Assembly (NCBI RefSeq): GCF_036321535.1
Contig: NC_087436.1
Location: forward strand, 7,874,001-7,938,000
Direction of reading: 5' to 3'
From: Camelus dromedarius
Lineage: Eukaryota
Length of the DNA stretch: 64,000 nt
The position numbers were made by a program, and so were the translations under genes. Shown here piece after piece: positions 13,903-26,631 of this stretch (positions are counted from its first letter, which is position 1; each line of letters starts with the position of its first letter). The notes under the pieces were generated by a model. It did not search any database, had not been told where the DNA came from, and was given only the letters and a program-made list of their open reading frames with translations.

Positions 13903-14153
13903 TATATTTTAGAAGAATTATATTAAATACCATTTATAATTCCATGGATGGAGGCAAAAATCCTGGTTCAAGATTGAATCAAAGGGGGAAAACTTCTTAA
14001 ATAAAGTAAAACACATGAGGTACAGGAATAAGAATCTGTTAAAAATTACCTCGTCTGAGAGTTACATGTCTATCTTTTGGTATTCCTTAAAGTGTACTGC
14101 TAGATGCAACATTAGATTTTGAAGGGCAAGCTATCTAAATATCAGTGAGATTC

Positions 14154-14189
14154 TATCCTATAATAAATTATTATCCTATAATAAATTAT
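14154..14189. repeat. 18-bp tandem duplication
   Basis: tatcctataataaattat x2, exact. Confidence 0.9.
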
Positions 14190-14996
14190 TATTTAAGGCT
14201 GCAGAAAGAGGTCAGGAATAATGAGCAAAAGCCATTATGTTAAATGTGTGACCAAAGTAGTTTCAAAATACTTTTAGGAATTACTGTCAGATGGGGGGAT
14301 GGGCTCATCAACTAGAAAGTCATTTTTGTTGATTCCAATTTTACTTTAATATTAGATTGGAAGCTTAATAATTTTATTTCTCAGTGTGTCACCTTATCTT
14401 TTGTACACATGAAAGAAATCCACGTTTCAGATGTGTGACCTCTTTCATATTCATCGACTGCATCGTTAATGAGCTACATACAAAGGAAAACTCCATCAAC
14501 TTACTGTGAAGGTAATTTTTTTAATAGGAAAATAATATGGCATATATGTGATTAGGCATTACATCAAGATTAAACTGAACTAAATTAAAAGATAGGAAAA
14601 TAGTCAGCAAGTACTTCAGGATCTCTCTTTGAAGTGAAGACACAGATTCAAGCTTCTGAAGTTTTCTACCCTTTCTACATGTGTTGAGAGGCTATAGCTC
14701 CCAAGATGCCAAAGAGCTGGGAATGGAAGGTGACCGCTGGGTGGGTGGGTGGGGGGTCACTGCGGGTACTCGATGATGTCGATGTGATAAAGTACTTTAA
14801 AAAAGCATCAGGGCTGCAAAGACGGAGGCAATAAATATTCTTCTAAGTAAACTGCACAAGATCAGTTTCCAGCCAAATGAAAGAAAACCAAGATTAGTAA
14901 ATGAGGAATAGAAAATGTACAGAATAAAAACATTGTCAGTGAAAACACAACAGAAATGTGTGTGTCTGTGTGTTCTGTGTGTATGTGTGTGTGTGG

Positions 14997-15104
14997 AGAG
15001 ATAAACATGAATGATTTATAAAAAGGTACATTATATGTTTTATTCCCCCTAGAGATAAACATGAGTCATTTATAAAAAGGTACATTATATGTTTTATTCC
15101 CCCT
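14997..15104. repeat. 54-bp tandem duplication
   Basis: agagataaacatga(a/g)t(g/c)atttataaaaaggtacattatatgttttattccccct x2, 2 mismatches. Confidence 0.95.
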
Positions 15105-16839
15105 AGTGCTCAGATTAGCCACAGAAATGAAACCTAGTCCCTGTTATATCCCAAATAATGCACAGAGCTTAATTTAACTGACTATTCAGCATTATAAAAC
15201 TTAGTACTAAGTATTGAATGTTTTAAACAAAGAAGAAAGTACCATCAATTCCTCTTTTCTCCTACATTTGCTCATTTACTACTAGGAGAGTGTATGTTAC
15301 TGACCAAGAGAAACCCTTCTTAGACTTTAGCTTTACTGAAATGTAGTCATTCTAAGACCTCACCATGTTGAAAATCGAAGTGGCCGGGTGGGTCATCTGA
15401 TTCTTTTGCAGTGTAGCTCCACATTTCTGCCTGGCTTCTCTGTTGTATCAGTCTGGTTCTCCGTAATCCATATTTTTTATGTCTGTGTCATGATAAATGA
15501 AACTTTATCTTTGACTTCCTGATCAATTTCTACAACCACTCAGAAAAATTGAATTCTAATTATGAATGGCACAACAGTTCTATCTTGGTTGTGACATAAA
15601 TTTTAACTTATGTGGAAATTTAAGAGATTTATGTTGCAAGTTAATACTGACTGGTTAAAAAAAAATATTCCCCATTCTTTTATTCTACACATGAAATCAA
15701 ATCATGGACAGCACATTCATGCATAGATTTCCATACCAACATCTCACTAATATTCCTTAAGAAACTCCAACATTACTCAATTTTAATAGATTTTATATAT
15801 GGTAAAAATATTATCACCTAAAACTTCAGGAACAGGTTAACAGTCATGAAAAATGGGAGGAAGAAAGAAGATAATTTCATGAATATACCTCATATTGCTT
15901 ACTAAAATCATAAAAATATATTTTCTTGTTTTTCATAACTAGAGAAATAGGATATCATATGTACATTTGATAAATGTGAAGATAAACTGTGGAATTAAAT
16001 ATACCATTTTTAATTTGTATATAACACAAGATAAAAGCAGACAAATACAATCCACATAGCAAGGTGTGAGGACATTTTCAAATAAACAAAAACAGCTTTA
16101 ATAAACACGAAGTGCAGCAACCTCTCCTACTAATAGGAAAATAACCACAGAGTGATTTAAAGGAATGTGAAACTAAATTTAAGATCTCACATAAAATGTT
16201 TAAAAATAACTGGCAGAAGGAAATTAATCATTACAACTAAAAAAACATACCAAACAAACAAAAAAACTAAATAAGAAAGGTAAAATTAGAAACCACAAAA
16301 GCAGTACTCAAAGTGAAATATCTTACTTGTAATGAAGATGGTGATTTTATGTCAAAGCTATAAATAATGAAAACTTTGTTGTCATGAAACACAGAATATG
16401 TCTAAAGAAATCTATCAAACAAATATCAATGAAAAATCTTAAAGTAAAACAAAGATTTTGACAGAATAAAATATATCTTTTCGATTTACATTCACTACCA
16501 TTTGTATATGTCATGTATTACCTGCAAAAATGGAATGAGGACCTAGATGGTTTGAAAAAAATCAATATATTTCAGTGAACAATGAACGCATGATAGTTTG
16601 TAGCTTAAAAACAGCAAAAGACTGTGTAATAGGCAGAGAGTAAAACTTAAATTTTGGTGAGTGAAATAATAAAAAATGCCAAGTCCGAACATGGTACTGT
16701 GTTTATCTGAAATCTGCATAATCAAGGGCTTGGCATTTTCTCCATTGACTTACAGTGAATGAAATGTAAGTTGAGGTATATGTCCTATATAATAGTTGAG
16801 GATATAATTATTGTTAAAGTATATTTGCAAAAAAATAAT

Positions 16840-18460
16840 TATTTCACTCATTCCAAATATACTCACTGAATATGTAATATGTGGTTGCAGCTAGAAACAC
16901 ATTACAGATGCTACTCTCAAGGAACTTATATTCTAGGTAGGGAGATAGACAATAAGACAATAAAATGTGCACTATGATGTATGGTAATAAGTTAATGGAA
17001 ATGAGGAAAGCAAGGGAAGAAGGCCAAGCAGAACAAAGAATATGAATGTCTTTTATGGGACAATAACAGAAGGCTGGATAACAAAATACTCATCAAAGAA
17101 ATGGAGGAAGGGAGGGTATGAACTCTGACTCTCTGGGGCAAGAAGATTCCAGAAGGAGAGTAAGGGAACTACAAAGGCAGAAGTGTGGAGGCTTCCTGTG
17201 GTTGGAGATCAGCCAGAACACCTGTGTGACTGGAGCACAGTGACCAAAGTGAAGTGAAGTAACACACAAAGTCAGAGCAGTAGCAGGGGTCAGTGTAAGT
17301 AGGACTTTATAGGATAGAGTGAAGGATTTTGCATTTTATCCCAAGCGAGATAAAAATGCTGAGGAGTGCAGTGGTTTGGCTTATATCATTCCCTCTGGGT
17401 TTTGCATAAGTTAGGGAGGACAAGGGTTAAAGGAGAGACACCTAACTTGGGAAGTGGTGGCCATGATCCAGGTGGCGTAAAACATGGTGGTTTGGACCAA
17501 GTTGTTAGCGGTGGGAGTTGTGTGAAGGGAACAGATTTCAAATGCACTTTAGATGTAAGATTTTAATGGTAGTTTGGATGTGAAGTATAAAAGAAAAGAC
17601 AGGATTCTAAAATAAAATCAAGATTTATTTTGCCTGAATAATTAAAGAATGAAGTTTCTGTGTCCTAAGATGGAGAAAACTATGGAATAAAAATAAGCTT
17701 TAAAGTAGCCATCAAGAGTAAACTTTTATGCATTTGAGTAAAGCTGTCAGGTAATGAGCTTAAATATACTAGAATTCTGGGTAGATACCCCAAGAAGTAT
17801 TTGTCAATCATCCAACAAGAGACGGTATGTAAAGCCTATCAAATTGAGTGAAGCTAGTAAGTTAAGCAAAGTGTGAACAGAAAATTACCCACTGGAATTA
17901 GCAATGTGTAAATAAGCAAATATATTTTGTTGGGTAAGAAGAGTAAAAAAAAGAATGAGTTTAAGAAAGACTGGGGGATGAAGACATGGGGTGAGCAGTT
18001 TTCCTGTAAAGTGGTATAGGAGGTGGGGATGGTTACAGTGCAAAAAGCTTTTTTAATGGAAAAAATATAAAATGAGCAATGAGCAAAGAGAAAGGAATAA
18101 AATTGTGAAAAAAATGATGATTCCTGGAATCATGTCCCTGGGATCTAGTGAACAAGTGCAAACATCCATCCTAATATTATTAAGAGGAGTATGGACAGAA
18201 TATATGAGAACAGTGGTGAGTAAGTTAGAAATGGGATGCTGGGTGCACCTGGAAGTTTGTTTCTGTATTTGTTTCCATTTTCTCAGTGAATTGGAAGAAA
18301 GATAGTGTTAGCACAGGCAGATAGCTAGATAGGAACAGAGAAACGGGGATACAGGTCAAATGGCAGGTGTTGGGCAAAAGAGAGAGGCACAGGGCAAAAT
18401 GTAAGAAATCATACATCATGTAAATAATAGAGGGCCTTGGGCAGACAGAGGAAAAACAGG
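16840..18460 (-). mobile_element. LINE-2 (3' part; appears to continue at ~19760-20300)
   Basis: Starts ttcactcattccaaatatactcactgaatat; contains ctactctcaaggaacttatattctaggtagggagatagacaata and a purine-rich L2 reverse-strand body. Confidence 0.75.
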
Positions 18461-18471
18461 AACCTCTGGGT

Positions 18472-19469
18472 TGTTAGGCGATCACACATTTTGAGCTGAC
18501 AAGTGCCCTGAAGGCCAACAAAGAAAGGTGGGAAAAGACAGGAATCTCCAGTGTCCAAATATAACCTTTTGCTCATTATGCCCATATTACAATAAAATTA
18601 GCCTTACTATTTACAATAGCCAAGACACGGAAACAACACAAATGTCGATCAACAGAAGACTGGATAAAAAAGTTGTGATATATTTATACAATGAATACTA
18701 CTCAGACATAAAAAAGAATAAAATAATATCATTTGCAGCAACATGGATGGACCTAGAGGTTGTCATTCTAAGTGAAGTAAGTCAGAAAGAGAAAGAAAAA
18801 TACTATATGAGATCTCTCATATGTGGAATCTAAAAAAAGGACACAAATGAAATTATTTACAAAACAGAAACAGATTCACAGACATAGAAAACAAACTTAT
18901 GGTTACCAGGGAGTAAAAGTGGGTGTGAAGGGATAAATTAGGAATTTGAAATTTACACCTCTTAGAGAGTGATGGAAGTGTTAGCTATCTTGATTGTGAC
19001 AGTTTCACTGGTGTGTACATCTATCAAAATTCATCAAATTGTGCATCTGAAATATGTGTAGTTTACTGTATAGGAATCATATCATAATAAAGGTATTAAA
19101 AAATAAGAAATAAACTTAGCCTTGCAAATTAGAAGTACCCATCATGCACTGATGCCATGACACTTCTGATCCAGATTAAATAAGGACAAAAATCCCTCTT
19201 CCCACAGGAAGGCAGAGCTGGGATTAAAATCAGGAAATACGACTCCCAAACCCTTCCCTCCCCAATGAATATTCCGCCCATTCATTTTTATGCTCCATGT
19301 AACCAACTTGCCAGAGAAACTCAGGGCAGCTGCTCACCTGGGCCTGCTCACTTTCCCCTTGAGAGTGCACTATCCATCCCTTAATAAATTCTCACTTTAC
19401 TTTCTCAACCTCTGTGGCTCGTCCCTGAATTCTTTCTGTGATGAGACAAGAACCTAATCATTGGCAATA
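18472..19469 (+). mobile_element. ERV1-type solo LTR interrupted by an L1
   Basis: Starts tgttaggc. The 3' half has aataaattctcactttac and ctcgtccctgaattctttctgtgatgagacaagaacc, typical of MER4/MER34-group U5. Split by the 18606-19108 insertion. Confidence 0.65.
18606..19108 (+). mobile_element. 5'-truncated LINE-1 insertion with 15-bp TSD (chimeric 3' end)
   Basis: TSD aataaaattagcctt (18591-18605) / aataaacttagcctt (19109-19123); ORF2 C-terminus SFAATWMDLEVVILSEVSQKEK. Confidence 0.9.
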
Positions 19470-19524
19470 ATAGGAATAAGGGAGAAGTGGTGGTGGAGTA
19501 GCATTTTTCTGAAATATATTCCTA

Positions 19525-19755
19525 TTGCAGTATAGTCAGTTTACAATGTTGTGTCAATTTCTAGTGTACAGCACAGTACTTCAGTCATATGTGAATATAC
19601 ATATAGTCGTTTTCATATTCTATTTCACCATAAGTTACTACAAGATATTGAATAGAGTTCCCTGTGCTGTACAGCATAAACTTGTTGTTTATCCATTCTA
19701 TATATATTAGTTAGTATCTGCAAATCTCTAACTCCCAATTTATCCCTTCCCACCC
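19525..19755 (-). mobile_element. Short young LINE-1 3' end
   Basis: ttgcagtatagtcagtttacaatgttgtgtcaatttctagtgtacagc...aactcccaatttatcccttccc. Confidence 0.85.
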
Positions 19756-21101
19756 GCCTTGGAGTAGCATTTTGAGGCTAAAGAGAAGACGGTGTAAAAC
19801 ACTCCTTGAAGAGAGTGGGAGAATTACTGTACTGGGGAGGGGGAATTGTAAGAGAATTGCAGAGCCAAGTTCAGGGCCAACTAAGTCAGTGATCATATTT
19901 TAAAGTGAGAGCAGGCAACAAGATATTTTGCTTCAAGCACAGAGTTGATGGAAGACCCCCAGATTGGGGACTCTCTAGGCAGCTTTATGGGTGAAATAGA
20001 TTATGGAGGCTGCTGAAGATGTTCCAAGGGAGCAAAATAATGATAAGCCATGGATTCTAATCTAGAAGTGAAGAAAAGTGAGACCAGGATGGGATGAGGA
20101 CCAGAAAATAGGTGTCAGGATCAATGCATTGTCAGTTCCTGTGGGGCCAAATAATATCAGAGTCAAGACACTGCAAGGGAAGATTGAGTTCTGAGTAGGG
20201 AAGGAAGTCCAAGGACAGGAAATAAGATCTACTCCAAGAAAATGATCAAGAAAAAAGTGAGGGGATAGAAAAGATATTTATAGTGTAAGGAAATAACCCC
20301 TGCCTGGTGATATCTTAGAGTTAAAAATCCACTATTTCAGTTCTATAACAAATAGGATGAGAATACATATTTTTTGAACTGTTTTGTACTGGAAGTAAGA
20401 TGTATATAAAAGACTCAGGACATATAAGTAGTTTCAAACCACTCACTCCATTTTAAGTACATCTGACTGTCACAGCCTAAGGATTAAAATAGAAAGTTTT
20501 GATTCTTATTTTAAAGGGGAAAAAATGTGGTTTCTAGGATGATAGGATGTTAGTTGTGAATATACAAGTACAATAACAGTATAAAGAAACTGGTTAACTC
20601 CAAAGAAAATTGAACAATTTAAACTCAAATCCTGTAGCAATAGGAACCAGGATGTATGGAACAAATCACAACTCAAATGAGAACCACAGCTGAGGGTCTG
20701 GTGTGTTTTTGGAAGAGCAAATTTGTCTTCTTGTGTGCAGTCCTTTCCTTCTTATCAGGGTATGAACTAAGGCTGAACAACTTGCAGAGCTCAGGTGAGA
20801 GCCATAATAAACATCCCAAACAAAGTTTCCAAATTACATAAAATGTGACAAACGTAGGAGTTTACTCCTAGAGAACCCTTTAAAACCCAGCTTCCATCAA
20901 GGCAACATAGAGCTGGCAGTGGCTCATTATGTACTGCAACAGACCAGCATTTGACAGCTTTCAGCAATCTTTCCCAAAGAAGGCTGTTATCAAGATTTTT
21001 CATGGTAAATGCTTTAAATGAAGCCCCCCGTGGGCAAGTTGTCAAGGCGTGTACGCAATGCCATCTTGCATGTTCTTCTAAAACTCGGGATGAAAACCGC
21101 T

Positions 21102-21122
21102 GAGAGCACCTTGGACAGCGCT
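21102..21122 (+). promoter_or_regulatory. RE1/NRSE-like REST binding site
   Basis: GAGAGCACCTTGGACAGCGCT versus consensus TTCAGCACCACGGACAGCGCC: both half-sites (AGCACC, GGACAGCGC) with the canonical 2-bp spacer, in non-repetitive CpG-enriched sequence. Confidence 0.65.
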
Positions 21123-21884
21123 CCTCCACCGAACAGGAGACTTCCGCTGCCTCTAACGACCGCATCCATCAGACTTTAATAACGATACAATTTCCTGCTG
21201 AATGTCTTGCTGTTGCCCCACAGGGAACACAGTTACACTGAGGTATCAGAACTGTTTAGTGACAATGCCCATTATTACGGTCTCCATTGTCTACCTTCCG
21301 AGGGTTTTTTTTTTGACACATTTTTATTATACAAGGACTTGGAAAGGGCTACAAAGAAATTGCTTTTATCTCTCAGCTGGAGCAACAGTAGTTTGCCGGA
21401 GAAATTAAGCAACTCATCAACTCATTTAAATCCTGTGAGAAGTTCTAATATTGGACAAAATATGTTTCATGTAAAGAAACGTTTCAAAGAACATGGACGC
21501 AATGGGCGTTCGTTTTTACAAAATATCTTGCAGCACATGCCACATACATATTTTCAGTTCACTTGTGTAAGTAGTAACAGCACAGAGTCTTCTAGTTTAT
21601 TCCAAGAGTGTGAGGCAAGAAACAGAAAATCCTTTCTCATCTCTATTGTTCTTTCTCAGTATTTTTTGAGGTATTATATTTTTATGTTTTGAAATAATGG
21701 CTGTATGGAATATTTGAATATATAATTATGTGTTGTCCATTTATAATATAGGAGACCAGAAAGATGGCTTTTTTTTTTTTTTGGTATGAATTAATACACC
21801 CAAACAGGAGTGGGTTTAATTCAGATTTTTAATAACAGGACAGTAACTCTAATTTTTGATTGATACCACTTGGGTTAGGAATAG

Positions 21885-22190
21885 TACTAATTAGGGTAGT
21901 ATAGGGTAGCAAACTGTCCCCAAATGTGTAGTGGCTCAAGACCAGCACGTTCATTTTTGCTTCATTTCCTGGGGGTAGGGAATAGGGAGTTTCTCTTTAT
22001 GTTAGGATACAGGAACCCAGGCTGATAGAGACTCCAACGCTTTCAACACATGCCTTTGAGGGTTTCCCTGAGAGTAAGATTTCAGTCGTCTGGAATGGAA
22101 AGAGCTCATGGCAAAGCCAGGGAAGTTTCAAAGGGTCACTTGTGCAGGTGGCCCTCACTAGCTCACTCACATGGAGCCTGGCTCTAAACC
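21885..22190 (-). mobile_element. Old MaLR (MLT1-type) LTR
   Basis: caaactgtccccaaatgtgtagtggctcaagacc...caggaacccaggctgatagagactcc pattern. Confidence 0.55.
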
Positions 22191-22734
22191 TATAAAGAAA
22201 AGACAGCCCATTTTGCTTATTAGCCAGTAGTCTCTACTTGAGTATCTCCCACTGGGGCCTTATCCATATGCCTGCCTGATAAATGCAACAAACGCATTTG
22301 TTGGGAATAGTTAAATTTACATAGGTTACCCAAATTAAATATGTTTAAAACATCCACAGGTACTTCATAGGTGTGGGGCTCTAGTATTAAATATCCACTC
22401 ATCCTCAGTGGGACACTCAGGGAAATCATACTCACAAAGCTATTTAATGTCTGTCCACTGACTCTTCTCTCATTGTCCTAGTTTGATGTGATCTGCTGTC
22501 TGATTCTTGGATCCTGTGTGATATTTCCTGGCATAATCAGCTTTTCTAGAATCAATTAAACTGGTAATTTTCTTTTCAGAGTTTATATACAAATTGCAAA
22601 GAATTATTATTTCTATTACGTATGGTTTACATCTAGTCTTTGTTTAACAGAAATTTTATTCTATTTTACACATATGGCTGTGATTCCAAAACATGTGGAC
22701 TATGAGAGGTATTTCTCTCTTTTAAATCACAAGA

Positions 22735-22870
22735 TTCCATTCAGTCAATAAAAAGCCTTTATTAAACTTACACTGGGCACCATGCACATTACTAGGCCCT
22801 AAGGTTGCAAAGAACACAAGTTTCAGAGAAATTACAGCATAACATAGAGACACGTCTATAGACTGATTAG
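22735..22870 (-). mobile_element. LINE-2 3' end fragment
   Basis: ttccattcagtcaataaaaagcctttattaaacttacactgggcaccatgcacattactaggccct. Confidence 0.6.
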
Positions 22871-23405
22871 AGAGGAATGTGAAGACAATGTAGTTAAAAT
22901 GTCTCTGCATATCTTTTTATTTTAGATTATTGAGGTGGGACTGTTTTAATAAACTCTTTTGACAAAATTATACAACTAAATAGCTTTGATACAAATATGA
23001 CTTGAAAGAATCTCTAGTGCCAATGTTGAAAAAGACATCATTTCCTAGAGATAACAATTCCTTCTACTTATGTGGTTTCAGAAATAAATAAAATTTTGGG
23101 TTAGTATGATGGAGTCAAGCAAGACTTCTAAATTCCCCCTCATAGAAACTAGTGTTGAGATCAGTAAAGAAGATAAACAAGTCAGGAGAACACACTGCAG
23201 CAATTAGACAAAGAAGGTGCCACGTCTCATGTTCTAATCCTGTTGGAAGCAGTGCTCACTGAAAGAGAGAGATTTTTACATTTTTACAAGTTTCTCTAAT
23301 TTGGTTCCATGCAGATTTCAGAACTCTTCCTCTATCCTACATGTAAACAGTGCAAAAATTAAAGTTAGATAAAGAGAAATCCTGAAAAAATCTTACAATG
23401 ATCCC

Positions 23406-23407
<2 letters not shown>

Positions 23408-23447
<40 letters not shown>

Positions 23448-23450
23448 CAC
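23408..23450. repeat. (CA)n microsatellite
   Basis: Direct inspection; one CG interruption. Confidence 0.95.
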
Positions 23451-23759
23451 CTGCAGAGACAGACCAAGAAGTGCAGTAAACACACTCAGGGGAAAGAACA
23501 GACATTCTTTGCTTATCACTTTGTATTCTACTCAAGGCAGGAAATAAATTTTGGATCTCATTCATTTGGAGGCTCTAAGCTAAAAACAAGTCAAAATGAT
23601 ATATCTAGAGGTAATTGTCTTTAGCAGTACTGATAACAAGAGAGACAATAAAAATAATCCTTTAAGAAAGCAAGACAGAATATGATCCCAGGTGAAATTA
23701 GGTCTTCCAGCTAAACGGCTTTCAGTTTAACAAAAAAGAAATAGCTAAAAACTATAGTA

Positions 23760-23975
23760 ACAAGAAACAGAACAGTGGTTACCAGGGGCTTGTGAATGGG
23801 CAGGAGGATATAGACTATAAGGGAAAACTAGGACATTTTCAGGGTGATAGAAATGTTCTCAATTTTGATTATTGTGATGTTTACAAAACTATCAACATTT
23901 GTCCAAATTTATAAAATTGAACACTTTGAGTGGCTGAATATTATGGTGTGTGCTAATACACACCATAAAGTTGGC
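23760..23975 (+). mobile_element. Old LINE-1 3' end (L1MB/MC-like)
   Basis: aacagtggttaccagggg...ggtgatagaaatgttctcaattttgatt...aaattgaacacttt. Confidence 0.75.
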
Positions 23976-24390
23976 TAAAAATTAAATGCTAAAAATTAAA
24001 TACCAAAAAGGAAATATTAAGCATAAAAGGATTGAGTAAAAGAAGCCTGGCAGTCCAGCTACTTGGAAGGGCCTCCTGCAAACCAAAGATGGGAAGAGGA
24101 GGCTGGGAACTAAGACTTGAATTCAAACTGAGACAGGAAATCACCTGTTAAAGGTGGGTTACTCCAGGGCAATCCCCGCTACCAGTGCTACAGTTAGCAG
24201 ACAAAGGGGTTTTTTGTTGTTTTTTGTTTTTGTTTGTTTCTTTGTTTTTATTTGTTTGTTTGTTTGTTTTACCAGCAGCAAAGTGCAGGATGAAACTTGA
24301 GCCCCTCAAATTAAACCCAGAAACCTTTGAATGGGGCTAAAATGGCTCTAGACGGTTACTAGGTAGAAAACAGAATAAAAACACATGCAG

Positions 24391-24690
24391 TTTGTTTTCT
24401 ATATAATGAGTCTGTTTCTGTTTTGTTGTATCCATCCATTTGTTTTATGTCCCAGTGGGGAGGGGGACAGGAGAGGGACATATTAGGGATATGGGATTAA
24501 GTGATACAAAATACTATGTACCAAATAAATAAGCAACAAGGATATATTGTACAACACCCAGAAATAAAGCCATTATGTTATAACAACATTAAATGGAGAA
24601 TTAGCTATAAAAATATTGAATCCCTATGTTGTACACCTGATACTAATATAATGTTGTAAAACAACTATACTTCAAAAATAAAAAATAAAA
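24391..24690 (+). mobile_element. LINE-1 3' end with inverted 5' segment
   Basis: 24391-24448 reads as L1 3' UTR on the minus strand (tttgttttctatat..tgagtctgtttctgttttg). 24452-24690 reads on the plus strand and ends caactatacttcaaaaataaaaaat. Confidence 0.75.
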
Positions 24691-24699
24691 TACAAAAAA

Positions 24700-25670
24700 G
24701 GTGAGAATTTAGGAAACGAAGGGTAGAATGGGAAAGTCCAGCATATATGTCTAATCAAATATCTAGAAGTGGAGAATGAAGAGGTGGGTGGAAATAAAAT
24801 ACTTGAGAAAAGAATGACTGAAAAATTTCCCGACGAGATTAAAGACATAAATCCACAGGTACACAAAGCCCAGTTTAAAACTCACAGGATAAATACAAAT
24901 ATGTGCATACCTAGAGGAATACCGAGAAACACCAGACACAAAGAAGACATTTTACAAGTAGCCAGAGGGACGTGGTAGGATCACATGCATGGGAACATTT
25001 AGACTAATGACAGATTTCTCAGCAGCTAAAGCCTGAAGACAGAGTTCTGTATTTTGGCATAGAATGCTGAGAGAACATTATTGTTAATCAAGTTTTTTTA
25101 TATCCAGAAAAAAAAAAAGTATATTTTTAAAACAAAGTCAAGTAAAGAAAATTCTTAAATACACAAAATCTGTGATTACCACTAGCAAGGCTATACTAAA
25201 GAATCTCACCAGGAGAAGGAGACTGTGCCCATGGACTAGGAGGGAGCTCTGAGATGCAAGAAAGAATGGTAAGCAGAGATTTAGAAGAATAAAAATAAAT
25301 AACATTCTATTTTGATTTTCTTAAAAGTCTCATTTATGATATTAAAAATGATAGTGTTAAAATACTAGAAAATGATTTAAGTCAGGAGAGTATTTATTAT
25401 AGTTTAAATTTTCTAAAGCTTTTATTTTGGGGAGGAAAGAGGCATTGAATTTAGACTGTATACAATAAATGATGCTTGGTAAAATTTTAATGATATCCAG
25501 ATAAAGAATAGGGAATGTATATGTTTTACATGAGTAAAGAAGAAAACTGAATTAAAAAAAAAATAGAAACAAGTTTTTAAAACAGTTTTATGTTTTTAAG
25601 CCAAGAAAGGAAGAAAATATGCAGAATAATTAAGTGCAGGGCAAAATATGCAAAATGTAAGAAGTTAAAG
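24700..25670 (+). mobile_element. Old LINE-1 ORF1 region (ORF2-like sequence resumes at ~29930-30500)
   Basis: ORF 24769-24978 (ILEKRMTEKFPDEIKDINPQVHKAQ) resembles L1 ORF1p; ORF2-like aagctaaaacgtggttctttgaaatggctaataagatagacaaa lies beyond the ERV-L. Confidence 0.7.
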
Positions 25671-26631
25671 CCAAGTCCCAGTGTGTGCACAACGGTGAAG
25701 GAAAGGTTAGTGTAGCCAGGCAGCAGCGTTCAATGTAATCATTGTGTTCCCGGTGGAAGTGTTCCTCCTTCTGGAACTAAGATCTCCAGGCCAGCAGAGC
25801 ATAAGGTCCCAGGAAAGGAAGGAAAATTTTTGTTAGTGAATTACTAGGGGTAATAATGAGTGGTCAATCCCTTTATCCTTGAACCCATGAGTCATGGCTA
25901 AGGGGAGAACCAGGACCATACATTGAACACTGACTCAGATCATTTACAGCTTCCTGGAGACCCATCATTTTGTTCGTGAGCTCTTTGGGCAATGACACGG
26001 GTATCTGGGAATAGGGGTTCACTGGTATCTACAGAACAAATCATCTTGTCCACTCGATTATTAAAAATCCTCTCCTGCTGAGGTCACCCTTTGGTGAGCA
26101 TTCATACGGAAGACAAATATCTTCCTGTTGTTTGCCCATTCAGAGAGGCCTATCCACGTATCTCTTCCCCAAATGTCCTTGTGACCAACTTTTCAATTAC
26201 ATGTCTTCCAAATCCCTGATGATCTAGCCAAACCACTGGGCACTGCTCACGAACTGGTATGTAATTGCACATCTGGCCATTTCTCCTCTGCAGAAAAGTG
26301 AATAACAAAGTGTGCTGCTCGAAGTTCCTCCCCCTGGGAGGACTGCCCTTCATCACCGTCCTTCAGGGATGTCGCAGGAAGGGGCAGTGGTGCTGCACTG
26401 TCCACTTTCAGGATGCACCTGCTCCCACCAGACCCGTCCATAAACCAGACCCCAGTCTTCTCTTCCCCTGTCCCCAGTCATAGGGAGCTCCCCACAGGGT
26501 CACAAGTGAGGCTGGAGGAGGGAAGGCAGAGTGGCAGGAGGGGGACCATTTGGTCCACACGGTAACTTGGTGGCCCATGGTTAAGTTTTCAGTCTCTACT
26601 AAGCTCAGTACCAGAGAAGAATGACCCAAAT

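Noticed and set aside
21207..21692. 161-aa and 124-aa (20791-21165) ORFs in the CpG-enriched island
   Set aside because: No recognisable protein similarity; one runs through a poly-T tract. The region is better explained as regulatory.
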